Shown here: positions 37,045 through 50,610 of the stretch, in pieces | How positions within the stretch are numbered: the first letter of the stretch is position 1 | How the letters are laid out: every line of letters begins with the position of its first letter | NCBI GenBank assembly: GCA_964016885.1 | Contig: OZ024744.1 | Coordinates: 113,026,001 to 113,090,000, forward strand | Direction of reading: 5' to 3' | From: Eledone cirrhosa | Lineage: Eukaryota | DNA length: 64,000 nucleotides | The notes under the pieces: model-generated | Told to the model about the DNA's origin: nothing | The model's input: the letters and a program-made list of their open reading frames with translations, nothing else | Database searches by the model: none | Translations under genes and position numbers: made by a program

Positions 37045-39715
37045 GCATTTGAAAAATGTGCCTATCACTGACATTTCTACTGTCAAATTTCCTTGAACAT
37101 CTACTGCATATGAAGTTTTCCCTTCCTGTTAGGTTGCCTGCTAGCCCACTACATCTCTTGTGTACCCAGGATCTGCATTGCGTACATTTTATAGAATTTT
37201 CTACATATCGAACATGGCCATTTCCCTGACAGAATCAGAGTTTTGTCCTCTTTCCTACATATCAACACTTTTGTCTTAGCTAGGTTCACTCTCAGTCCTC
37301 TTGCTTCCAACTGCTGTTTCCATAGCCAGAATTTATTCTCTAGCTCCTCTACTGATTCTGCTATAAGAGCCAGATCGTCAGCATAGAGAAGTTCCCATGG
37401 ACAGCCAGTCTTAAACTCCTCTGTTATTGCTTGGAGGACTATAATGAACAAGAGCGGGCTGAGGACCGAACCCTGATGTACTCCTACTTGTATCTGGAAT
37501 TCCTCACTAAACTCCATTCCTACCCTGACTTTACTGACAGTACCTCTGTACATAGCTTGCACTGTCCTCACAAGCCATTCCTCTACACCTAGTTTCCTTA
37601 GGGACCACCAGATAACAGATCGAGGTACCCTATCAAAGGCCTTCTCTAGGTCAACAAAGGCTAAGTATAGTGGCTTATTTTTCTCTAAGAACCTCTCTTG
37701 TAGTTGTTTCACTAAGAAGAGGGCATCTGTTGTACCCTCTCCAGGCACAAAACCAAACTGCATCTCATCTAGTCTGACCCTTTCTCTAATTAATTGCGCT
37801 AATATCCTTTCTGCCACTTTCATAACCTGATCCATCAGTTTTATGCCCCTATAATTGCTCCTCTCCAGAGCATCCCCTTTACCTCTGTAGCAATTTAAAA
37901 GAATACTGCTGCACCAGTCTTTGGGTATAACTCCGCCATATATAACTTGATTTATGATGTGTGCAACCAGTTTAGTTCGTACTTCTGATGCCTTCAGCAT
38001 CTCATCAACTATCCCTGATGGTCCAGCAGTCTTACCACTTTTCATTTCCTTAATCGCCTCTTGGACCCTATAGTCGGTCCCTCTGTTGGATCTGGTGTGG
38101 GTAATTTCTTTCTCTCCCATTCGTTCTCAACATTCATCAGTCTCTCATAATGACATTTCCAGGCCTCCTTTTTCTGAGTATGTGCATCATTTCAGACACA
38201 CTTATCTCCAACAGCATCTTGATTTACTCTGACATACTGCCTTGTTGCAGAACATTGGCAAACCTCCTACTCTCAGTAGCTTCTCTTTTAGCGGCTGAGT
38301 ATCGATCTCTACTCCCACCACTTTTCCAATCCTTTCATGCTAGTCTTTTGTCTCTAATGGCCCTATCTACCGTGCTATTCCACCACCAGGTCACTCTCAG
38401 TCTGGTTGGAGCTCTGCTCCAGCCACAAGTCTCTTCAGTTGCGTGCAGTAGGTTGTCACGTAAGAACTTCCAGTTATCTTCTATGTCATACAACTGTAAA
38501 TCATCTTCTTTCTCATCATACACATCTTGAAGGGCTTTCCTAAATTTATAGTTAAGTGAAAGGTCTTTTAGCTCCCAGACCTTCCTTTTTCATAGCTTCC
38601 TGTGTGTCTCTTGCTTATTGAGATGTCACTAATGACTAACCTATGCTGTGGGGTACATTCTTCCCCGGGGTATGTCTTAGTATTTGGTACCATCTGTCTG
38701 TCTCGCTGTCTAACAAGAAGTCAATCTGACTTATGTGCTTGCCTGATTTGTAGGCTATTAGGTGGTTGGCAGGTTTCTGGAAGTTAGTGCTGCAAATAGT
38801 TAATTCACTTGAATCACAAAATTCAAGAAGCCTCACTTCTTTCTTTTCTTGAGCCATAACCATGACCACCATGTACCCCAGTGTATCCATCTTGGAGCTG
38901 TCCAACATGACCATTGAAGTCCCTGCTAGTATAACTATGTCTCTGTCCTCTGTCACTAAGGTTGTCTGTAAAAGTTGCTCATAAAAGTGGTCCTTCTCTT
39001 CTTTACCTATGCCCAATTAGGGAGCATAGGTAGAAATAATTGTCAGCAGTCTATTGCCTACAACTAATCTAATCTTAATTATTCTATTACTGACTCTAAC
39101 TACCTCTATTGTCTTGTTGATCCACTTCTCACCTAGTAAAATGTTGACGCCACCTAACCCATCATCATTTCCTACCCAAAGAAGCTTATAACTAAGATGT
39201 TTGCCTGCGATTAGTCTTGCTGAGGCACTTCTCCATCTCACCTCTTGCACGCAGCACACATCCACATAATGCTCATAATTTTTGGCATTAACACACTGGT
39301 TGGATGTCCTTCCTAACACCAGCACCACTTTACAGCATGGACTGGGTGCTTTTATTCATGCCACCAGCACTAGAGAGGTTGTCTTACTAGACTTAGGGGA
39401 CTTCTCCACCCCGCACCAATTTATTCGGAGTGGTAGCTTTCCTGGACAGGTTGCCTACAATTCAGTTTATGAAGCCTCCGTCTGCAGTGTGCCTGCTAGG
39501 ATTGGTCCTGGGCCACTATTCAACTATCTTAAGATACTCTTAGTGAGTCTACATTTATCATATGAAGGGAGGGGGTAGCTGGGGAGGAGAAAGTGATGAA
39601 GAGGTTTTGGGGGAGTGGGTTTAAGGTGCTCTATGCATGAAGAAATGGCTAGCATATAGCGTCAGGCATGCATACTGGAAGGTGGTGGAGGTGGGACAGG
39701 TGGGATGGCAAATGA
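37045..39715 (-). mobile_element. RTE-clade LINE (APE + RT with YADD), degraded, 3' end missing; same family as 4396-6978
   Basis: ORF 37149-38120 has FVDLEKAFDRVP, GVHQGSVLSPLLF and LLYADDL. APE pieces DVCCVQEVRW and TIISTYAP. Putative 5' UTR to about 39715. Confidence 0.93.
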
Positions 39716-39832
39716 CGACTATATACCATATATATATTTTAATAAATATTTGCTCTACGGTTCTTATATATTTGATATATATTTATCCTTATCGAGCCCT
39801 CTTTGGATTTTAGTCTTCAAATTTATTATTAT

Positions 39833-39909
<77 letters not shown>

Positions 39910-39958
39910 AATATATATATATATATAAATATATATATATATAAATATATATATATAA

Positions 39959-39991
<33 letters not shown>

Positions 39992-40004
39992 AATATATGT
40001 ATAT

Positions 40005-40075
<71 letters not shown>

Positions 40076-40090
40076 TATATAAATATATAC

Positions 40091-40145
<55 letters not shown>

Positions 40146-40452
40146 ACTACGAAATTGAAATTAAAGACATCTGTATGCTGTCACAACTCATATATATGTA
40201 TATGTGTGTGTGTGTGTATATAAATATGTATGTGTGTATATATATATATATATATATCGCTCCCTCCAGTACATACATATACACACACATACATGCATAT
40301 ATGTGTGTGTATATGCACCATTATTGCTTGCATTTGTGATACTGCATTAACTTACAAAGCTATGGTTGTGTAATGTGTGTGTAAATGGGAATATGCATCT
40401 ATATATATGTCCATGTGGGCATGTGTGTCATCATTATTTTACGTCCATTTAA

Positions 40453-40636
40453 GGGCGGTGGATTGGCAGTATCAGTAAAAGGTCGGACGCCATTCTTTGC
40501 AGCAAAGAGTTATGGCCCTTCATGATCTGAGTTCAAATCCAGCCGAGGTTAACTTTGCCTTTCATCCTTACGGGGTCGATAAAATAAAGTACCAGTAATG
40601 TACTGGGTAATTGCTGCCAAGAAGTAGAAACAATTA
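40453..40636 (+). mobile_element. SINE family A
   Basis: Consensus match; flanked by duplicated ATTATTTTACGTCCATTT. Confidence 0.85.
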
Positions 40637-40779
40637 TTTTACGTCCATTTTTTCATGTTTGCCTGGGTTAGATTAGTCTCCACACATCATGTTTCTTTGT
40701 CATCTATTTTGGGAGTCTCAATTATTTGAGATCAGCTCTCAGCACTTCTTTCCACTGAGATTACTGGTACTTCTTCACC

Positions 40780-41075
40780 CAGTGATCATCATCCATACAC
40801 ATCACATGTCCATACCAGTGCAGTCTCCTCTCCTGCACACTACATCTGCTTTCTCTTATTCCCAGTTTCCCTTTCAGTTCATCAAAGCTTTGCTGTTCTC
40901 TCACATAAACATTGCACATCCATCAAATTATGCTAGCTTCATTTCTCTCCAGTCTTCACATGTTCTCTACAGCCCATGTCTCACTACCATGTAACATTGC
41001 ACTTCGTACACAGGTGTCATACACCCAGCCATTATTTCGTCAAGAGAAACCTTTTGTTGTCAGTAACAGCAGTTA
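40780..41075 (-). mobile_element. RTE LINE 3' fragment
   Basis: Similar to 4625-4905 (CATCACATGTCCATACCA...GCCCATGTCTCACTACCATG). Confidence 0.75.
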
Positions 41076-41170
41076 TGTCTGTGTGTGTGTGCGTGTGTAT
41101 ATATATATATACGCACACACACACACATACACATATATATATATATATATACATATTTATAGATAATTGT

Positions 41171-42960
41171 ACACTAGTAAGTTACTACATTTTGTTGTCA
41201 GTAGAGGCAGTTATATAACTAAACACTAGCAAGTTACTACATTTTGTTGTCAGTAGAGGCAGTTATATAACTAAACACTAGCAAGTTACTACATTTTGTT
41301 GTCAGTAGAGGCAGTTATATAACTAAACACTAGCAAGTTACTACATTTTGTTGTCAGTAGAGGCAGTTATATAACTAAACACTAGCAAGTTACTACATTT
41401 TGTTGTCAGTAGAGGCAGTTATATAACTAAACACTAGCAAGTTACTACATTTTGTTGTCAGTAGAGGCAGTTATATAACTAAACACTAGTAAGTTACTAC
41501 ATTTTGTTGTCAGTAGAGGCAGTTATATAACTAAACACTAGCAAGTTACTACATTTTGTTGTCAGTACAGGCAGTTATATAACTAAACACTGGCAAGTTA
41601 CTACATTTTGTTGTCAGTAGAGGCAGTTATATAACTAAACACTAGCAAGTTACTACATTTTGTTGTCAGTAGAGGCAGTTATATAACTAAACACTAGCAA
41701 GTTACTACATTTTGTTGTCAGTAGAGGCAGTTATATAACTAAACACTAGCAAGTTACTACATTTTGTTGTCAGTAGAGGCAGTTATATAACTAAACACTA
41801 GCAAGTTACTACATTTTGTTGTCAGTAGAGGCAGTTATATAACTAAACACTAGCAAGTTACAACATTTTGTTGTCAATACAGGCAGTTATATAACTAAAC
41901 ACTAGCAAGTTACTACATTTTGTTGTCAGTAGAGGCAGTTATATAACTAAACACTAGTAAGTTACTACATTTTGTTGTCAGTAGAGGCAGTTATATAACT
42001 AAACACTAGCAAGTTACTACATTTTGTTGTCAGTAGAGGCAGTTATATAACTAAACACTAGCAAGTTACAACATTTTGTTGTCAGTAGAGGCAGTTATAT
42101 AACTAAACACTAGTAAGTTACTACATTTTGTTGTCAGTAGAGGCAGTTATATAACTAAACACTAGCAAGTTACTACATTTTGTTGTCAGTAGAGGCAGTT
42201 ATATAACTAAACACTAGCAAGTTACAACATTTTGTTGTCAGTAGAGGCAGTTATATAACTAAACACTAGTAAGTTACTACATTTTGTTGTCAGTAGAGGC
42301 AGTTATATAACTAAACACTAGCAAGTTACTACATTTTGTTGTCAGTAGAGGCAGTTATATAACTAAACACTAGCAAGTTACTACATTTTGTTGTCAGTAG
42401 AGGCAGTTATATAACTAAACACTAGCAAGTTACTACATTTTGTTGTCAGTAGAGGCAGTTATATAACTAAACACTAGCAAGTTACTACATTTTGTTGTCA
42501 GTAGAGGCAGTTATATAACTAAACACTAGCAAGTTACAACATTTTGTTGTCAGTAGAGGCAGTTATATAACTAAACACTAGTAAGTTACTACATTTTGTT
42601 GTCAGTAGAGGCAGTTATATAACTAAACACTAGCAAGTTACTACATTTTGTTGTCAGTAGAGGCAGTTATATAACTAAACACTAGCAAGTTACTACATTT
42701 TGTTGTCAGTAGAGGCAGTTATATAACTAAACACTAGCAAGTTACTACATTTTGTTGTCAGTAGAGGCAGTTATATAACTAAACACTGGCAAGTTACTAC
42801 ATTTTGTTGTCAGTAGAGGCAGTTATATAACTAAACACTAGCAAGTTACTACATTTTGTTGTCAGTAGAGGCAGTTATATAACTAAACACTAGCAAGTTA
42901 CTACATTTTGTTGTCAGTAGAGGCAGTTATATAACTAAACACTAGCAAGTTACTACATTT
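41171..42960. repeat. 52-bp minisatellite, about 34 copies
   Basis: Unit ACACTAGCAAGTTACTACATTTTGTTGTCAGTAGAGGCAGTTATATAACTAA. Confidence 0.97.
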
Positions 42961-43487
42961 ATCTAACTACCTCATTGTCAATGTTGGGATCTCAACATTT
43001 TCCCAGTTGCTCGTTGCTTCTTTTAATCCTTCCGTCCTTCATCTTTTATCACATTTCATGTAGTCTTTTTTATATAATAGACTCAATAAACACATAAACA
43101 CACCCGTGTGTGTGTATATATATATATATACATACACATATACACATACAAACATATATATATATATTCAATTAGAAAGGGAACAACACAAAATATAACT
43201 ACTCCACTGAGTAGTTATGTGTTGTTCACTTTCTAATTAAATTGCTCTGTTCTATACATAGAGCACTCTTTTTTCCTTTGGAATTACGTTACACACACAC
43301 ATAGATAGATATTTGTATATATATATATATATATATATCTAAGGCGGATAAAATTCCCGAGATCTATGGACGCGTTCTATCCAGCGGTCTCTGTCCCTCA
43401 TTATCGCTGCCATATCCTGCGTCTCCAAGAGACCAGTGTCTGTCCTTAAGGCATACATACAAATATATATGTATATATGTGTGTGTG

Positions 43488-43523
<36 letters not shown>

Positions 43524-44174
43524 TAAAACAATGTCCTAACGTACGAAGTTAAACCTACAGCCAGTAAGCACCTCTTAACCCAACATACACCCCACCCCAC
43601 TCCATCCTCCCACTTCTTGTTGGTACCACAGAGCACCCAGTCCGCACTTTAAATGTGGTTGGTGTTAGGAAGGGCATCCAGCTGTAGAAAACCTGCCAGA
43701 GACAGTTTTGTATGACACGGTCATGACCAATCTTGCTTCAAGTGGGACAATCCCATCTAACCCATGCCTATGTGGAAGCTGGACGTTAAACGAAGATGGT
43801 GGTGATGATGATGATAATATATACATATGTATATATATATACACAAGAATTATTTGTAATTCAGAACCTAAAATATGATTTCGTCTTCATAAAGCACTGA
43901 ATAATTATTGATAAATTATTATTAACTACTAATTAATTAGGAGATCTTAATTTCCTGTTCCAATATTTTTCACATGTGGAAAATTTCTTGTGCTCTCTCT
44001 CTATAAATATTTAATTAGCAAGTGAACAACACACTATATAATTACTCCATTACCAAAGGTTTCAGGACTCTAGACATTATTAACATACGTCTACTTCGCT
44101 GATAAGTAATACAAGTAATAAAAGTTATATATATGCAATATATATATATGCAATATATATATATGCAATATATA

Positions 44175-44588
44175 TGAGGGCAATCCTAAAAGTAAGGTCT
44201 CATTCCGATATTGCAACTTCCGATATCGGAACTTTTCTGTTAAAATCCTGTGGATGGTGTTTCGGGAAACCTCAGGAACCAAAATGCGGAGAGCATCCAG
44301 AGTTATCCGCCGATCTTTACGCATGTTTTCCTGGGAAGGAGACCTTACTTTTGGGATTTCCCTCGTATATAATAACTGCGCGAAATTCGCACTTGGCTGC
44401 GGTAGCGTTCAACGGGAGCTCCATTGTCAATGGCTGCCAAGCCAAGATCGAGCATCCCAGCGAAGCGGGCGCATGCTTGTTTGGGGAGTGAAGGAAGCAC
44501 CAATCACAACAGTGTTGCCAACAGCCATACGAACAGTTTCTCTGCGTTCCCCGTCACTTTGGAGACCTTACTTTTGAGATTGCCCTCA
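44175..44588 (-). mobile_element. Mariner-derived MITE-like element with three TIR copies
   Basis: 27-bp TIR TGAGGGCAATCCTAAAAGTAAGGTCTC at 44175-44201, inverted at 44339-44365 and 44562-44588, TA flanks; transposase HTH remnant MRKDRRITLDALRILVPEVSRNTIHRILTEKFRYRK. Confidence 0.85.
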
Positions 44589-44754
44589 TATATATATATA
44601 TATATATTTGGCCATAGGCAAGTCCCTAGCAAAAGCCACATCTGTTATGTTTAAGCTTAAGTATCAAGTGAAGGTATTACTTGAAATCGAGTATGGATTT
44701 ATATATATATATATATATATGTGTGTGTATATGTAATTATATATATACCAAGTT

Positions 44755-45385
44755 GAAAGATATATGTTTATGGCGAGAAAGAGCCATATATTGTAAGAGA
44801 AACATGGTATATTGTATATTTACCTAATACATATTCTATAGAAGAATATGTACACAGATGGAATCATTAGTGAAACCTTATAGCGCTATTTTATACCTGG
44901 AAATCGATCTATGTAATCGATCATCGAAAAAACAATCAATCAGTATATTTGATCATTGAAGACAAATAATCGATTATGATTAAACCACATGAGACTCAGC
45001 TACTCTTCAGAGGTTTAGTCTCACCATTCTAAGGGAAATATAGAATGAAGATGATAAATAAATCAATATAGCTGGAAATATCCACACCTAAGTCCAAAGC
45101 GACCACCATACTGAGAAGCACATGGTCACATTAAACCTATGGCGAATAGATATCCACAAGGTGGACGATAACTCTGCTAGAAATAGGAACAATGATCGAT
45201 TACATAGATTGATTTTTAACATTACTCTCTAGGTATGAAATAGCGCTATAAGATTTCACTTATGATTCCACCTGAGTACATATTGTTCTATAGAATATGT
45301 ATTTGGTATATATACAATATACTGTGTTTCTTGTGTGATATATGGTTCTTTATCTATCTGTGTATATAATATCTTTTTCATTTGG
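44755..45385. repeat. Diverged fold-back (about 170-bp imperfect inverted arms)
   Basis: ATACATATTCTATAGAA...CTTATAGCGCTATTT...CTATGTAATCGATCAT is inverted at about 45190-45380. Confidence 0.75.
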
Positions 45386-45689
45386 TTGTTATAGCTCTAG
45401 ATAAAGCCTGTTGAGCTTACTTATTGAGAAACACAAAAGTCTAAACATATCTGTTATGTTTTGATTTATATATTCAGTTCCCGTCCCACCCTTGCAAGCA
45501 GGGAAAAGCGGACGTAAAATGAAATGATGATGATGATGACGATATATATATTGTTACATCATTTTGTGGTTGAGGTGTTTGGCTCGTGTGGTTGGGGGTC
45601 AGGAGTTCAGTCACCTGTGTCATGTTGCTCCTGTCAAGTAAGTTGCACTTGTAATTTGAAAGACACCAGCTTTGTCTCAAACTGTGAGA

Positions 45690-45731
<42 letters not shown>

Positions 45732-45780
45732 ATATATATATGTGTGTGTATTTATATATATATATATATATTTATATATT

Positions 45781-45811
<31 letters not shown>

Positions 45812-45874
45812 ATATATATAAACATATATATGTGTGTGTGTATATATATATATATATAAACATATCTATATGCA

Positions 45875-45913
<39 letters not shown>

Positions 45914-45949
45914 AAACATTTTTGCTCTTCAAGCTGGTTGTTTTGATAA

Positions 45950-47270
45950 CTTGAAGGTTTATATATTGTCAAAGATGTTTTGTCACACATTCTGTGACCT
46001 CCTCAGTGACTAGGTTTTTATTTTGTGTCTTTCCTTTGTTCTGTCCTACACCATCTTGTTGTGTGTTATGTACTTAGTTTGCGCATGCGTTACATCCGGG
46101 TGTGTGTTTGTGTGTTTATTTACTTGTCACTAGTTTTTTTTTTTTCATTCTGTTTGATATGTTTTGTTAGCTTGTTTTTTGTGTGTGTCTGTATGTCTTC
46201 ATTTTATTGCTATTCCACTCATTTTCTGTTTAATTTTGATTGGAGTTCGCTTATGTTTGTTGCCTCTGTGATTTACCTGAACATTGCATCTTTTCTATGT
46301 GTGGATATAATCTCTATGTTCTCAAGTGCACCCCTATGTTCTATTTTGGCATGTTACTGGAGTACTGATGAGTTTTTCCTATCCTGGAGTTCTCACCAGT
46401 GTTCACTTATCCTTTCTCCTATGCTATGTATGTTGCATTCTTATTCCTACACTCAGTACATCTGATGCTATATACTACGTTCCTAGTTTTGCAGTTAATT
46501 TGTGGGCTTAGCTTTCATTTCCTATCAGCACAGGGGGGATCTTTGAAGTGAGTATGTTTTGCTAATTAGAGTTTTTATGGAAATACCTAGTCTTTCAACT
46601 ATCTTAATATTTAATTTGACATTGTCTAAATCTGTATGCTAGGAGTTGTATTAATAAACTCTGGTAGTTATTGCTATCATACCATGAGTTTATTTTATTT
46701 GCCTTATTCCTAATCCTTTCTAGTCTGTTCCATGGGGCAAATTCCATTTGCATCATTTCCTACAATCTTTGAAAGATACCCCATGTGCTGATAGAAAATG
46801 CATAGTCTGCAAGCTAACCCGCCAATTAACTTCAAAACTAGGAAAGTAGCATAAGTGAACTCTGGTGAGAACTCCAGGATGGGAAAAACTCATCAGTACT
46901 CCACCAGCATGCCAAAATAGTTATAAAATTATAAATAGTTATAAAAATTATATCCAGACACAGAAAAGATGCAATACTCAGACAAATCACAGAGGCAACA
47001 AATATAAACGAACTCCAACCAGATTTAAACAGCACAACTAGTAATTAAGGATAAAATGAAGATATACACACAAAAACTAAGAAAAGAAATCAGACAGACA
47101 CAAACTAAATAAAAAATAAATAAAAACACACACACACACGCATGCGGAGACTAGGCACCCAACAGACAAAAACAAGATGGTATAGGCGTGACACACAAAA
47201 TAAAAGCTTAGTCACTGATGATGTCAAACCCAAAATGCGCGCATGCTTTTATTGACAACATGACAACATT
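45950..47270 (-). mobile_element. Penelope-like element 3' fragment (GIY-YIG) with inverted partial copy
   Basis: 45950-46760 is homologous to 53740-54600; about 46765-47270 is an inverted, deleted copy; degenerate hammerhead at 45968-46010. Confidence 0.8.
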
Positions 47271-49160
47271 TCTTTTATATGTATGTGTATTGAATAATGA
47301 ACCAATGGTATTGGAGAAATTTTATATAAGTTTCACAAATAACATTAATTAAAAGTTAATACATACATTTATTTTTAAAGTGAAAATATTGTTAAATTTG
47401 GAATAGAGAAGTCAACAGATCAACGGAAATGAATAATTATTTACAAGAACATTTCAATGTTCTGTGATGTTACATAAGTGCAATTATTGGAAGGTTTACC
47501 TTGGATATACTTACTCCCCCAATTGTTGATTGTAATATCATAATTATATATTATGATTGTAATATCTTGTCATTTCATAATTATACTGCGTTTTTGTATC
47601 TCTTTGTCTGTCTTGTCTCTGCAAATATATTTCAATTTAAAAGGAAATATATAAAAATCATAAAGTAAGTTTAGATACTATTGGTATTCCAAAAATAATT
47701 GTTCTAGTTGCAAAATGTTGAGGTAACAATGTCATGATTAATTAGATTAACTATATGAGAATTCAAAGGTACTATAGTATCATGTCTTTTGCTTTAAATA
47801 TATTACATGTTCACAAATTTTAATTTCATGCATTATGTGTGTGTGTTTCTCTCAATTCATGATAATTTTGTCCTTTAGGCAGATATAACAATATTTTTTC
47901 GGGTTTTTTTTATTTAAACATATTTATTTTATTCGTTTCTCTATTTTTGTTGGTCATTTATCCATTTTTATTCTAGATTTCTCTATTTTTTAATTGAAAA
48001 CCTATTACAACCATACTTTCATCTAAATGTCACATTTGTACATTAATTATGTCTACGACCCTTAACAAATATATGTAAGCTACTAAATAAATGACTTAAG
48101 GGGTCTTAGTCATTTCAAGTGACACTGATCAAACATTATTTTAAAGATATCCATTGCAGAAAAAATTATAAAAATATTTTTTGTTGGTATTTGCTGCTGT
48201 GTAAATATCAAACACTTTACTTATATAGAAAAATGTCTTGTGAATGTTGCATAATTTAAAAGAATTGTATTAAAGTATTTCTATGTGAACTTTGACAGTA
48301 GTGCTAATAAAAATACATATTCACTTACATTTGTTTTCCTGTTTTTTGTGGAAGAATATGAAATCCTGCTAATTCAAATGTAAGCCGGCTCACTATGATA
48401 TCTAAGAAAAGAAAAAAAAAGAACATTACTGTACAGTTTTTGTGTCATAGGTGTGCAACAGAACTGTTGGTGCAAGTAACTCTAACACATAATTAAAAAG
48501 AAAAAAAAAACTACACTAACACTTTCATTCTGGTTTTGAAACATTGTTAATTGCAGCAGAGTTATGGCTTTTTCCGTACTAAATTTAACCAGATATGACT
48601 TTTATGATGCGCCAGTTTGAGACGTATAGCATAATTTTGACTCATTTCGTTGGGAAAATTGCAAAGGACGCTAATTGAAAAGTAGGCTTAGAATACCGAA
48701 CATAACTCACCAACTCTCTACAAATCTAACATATCTAAAGTAATGCGGCTTAGAGCTGTTATATTAAGTGTATCATAATTTGTAGGAGCCAAAGCCTCAA
48801 CACTGTAGAGATTTGTAGAGATAATATGATATATAATTTAAAATTTAGTACCGAACAATAAAATAAAGTAAAAATCTGTAGACGTTTTATACAGTAAAAA
48901 AATGAACGTGAAAAGAAAAGAAAAAAATATTTGTTTTTAACAAAAAGTTCAGCTTCCCTACAGAAAGTTACATTTTACTCTTACATGGGTGAAAAGTTTG
49001 AACTGACAGTTCTCCAATAGGTTTCATAAAAAAAACATGCACCGTCATTTGCATCACAATGGCAATGAATAACCCTAAGTCTTACATAGCTCCTCCACGA
49101 CATCTAGAAAGCCAGTCACACAAAGCTGTAGAGGTTTAGATTTAAATCTTAGGTTAAATG

Positions 49161-49378
49161 TAGAAGCTGAGTTACTCGGCTTTGCCCGGAGTCAGCTAGA
49201 ATAATTATATATATATATATATATATATAGGGTCATATATAATTATATATATATATATATATATATATAGGGTCATATATAATTATATATATATATATAT
49301 AGGGTCATATATAATTATATATATATATATATATATATATAGGGTCATATATAATTATATATATATATATATAGGGTC

Positions 49379-49409
<31 letters not shown>

Positions 49410-49797
49410 CATATATAATTATATATATATATATATAGGGTCATATATAATTATATATATATATATATAGGGTCATATATATATATATATATATATATAG
49501 GGTCATATATATATATATATATATATATAGGGTCATATATAATTATATATATATATATATATATAGGGTCATATATAATTATATATATATATATATATAT
49601 ATAGGGTCATATATAATTATATATATATATATATATATAGGGTCATATATAATTATATATATATATATATATATATAGGGTCATATATAATTATATATAT
49701 ATATATATATATATAGGGTCATATATAATTATATATATATATATATATATATAGGGTCATATATAATTATATATATATATATATATAGGGTCATATA

Positions 49798-49835
<38 letters not shown>

Positions 49836-49842
49836 CATATAC

Positions 49843-49889
<47 letters not shown>

Positions 49890-50085
49890 CATATATAATT
49901 ATATATATATATATATATAGGGTCATATATAATTATATATATATAGGGTCATATATAATTATATATATATAGGGTCATATATAATTATATATATATATAG
50001 GGTCATATATAATTATATATATATATATATATATATAGGGTCATATATAATTATATATATATATATATATATATAGGGTCATATA

Positions 50086-50143
<58 letters not shown>

Positions 50144-50581
50144 CAGGCTATGGTGCCAATATGAAAATATTTTAGTGGATACAAGAAGCCGAAATAACCT
50201 CACAGTCTAAAGTTGAGAAAACACAGTCAAGTTGGCCGCACCAAAACCTTCTCACATCAGCACTCACCGATAAAAAACCATTTAAGAAGGGACACGCTGG
50301 ACCCGTTTCCAAGTCAGACATTGATTAACACAAATTATTATTGAAAAATGGTGAAACGGATATGTAGTGGAACTACGTCTTACCTCGCAATAGCAACATT
50401 TTCATATGCAATAAGGTTAAACTGACCAATGATAAATCGTGTATCAATACATGATCACTCTCTCTCTCTGGTGAAAAACCATAGTACAGAGTGGACCAGG
50501 AGATGACTACGGATGCGTGAAGAATTATTATAAAATGACTCCTACATTCCTATCGACAATAGAAATTATATTTATAGAGAT
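49161..50581 (+). mobile_element. Possible HINE/Helentron-like element containing a (TA)n-GGGTCATATATAATT array (49203-50145)
   Basis: 5' AGCTGAGTTACTCGGCTTTGCCCGG hairpin; 3' ATTATATTTATAGAGAT. Confidence 0.45.
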
Positions 50582-50610
50582 GTTTATTTATATCCTGGAA
50601 GTCAGAAGCA

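Noticed and set aside
41171-42960. CRISPR-like regular arrays (also 21.2, 26.0 and 35.3 kb)
   Set aside because: Head-to-tail units without unique spacers, no cas genes, eukaryotic context.
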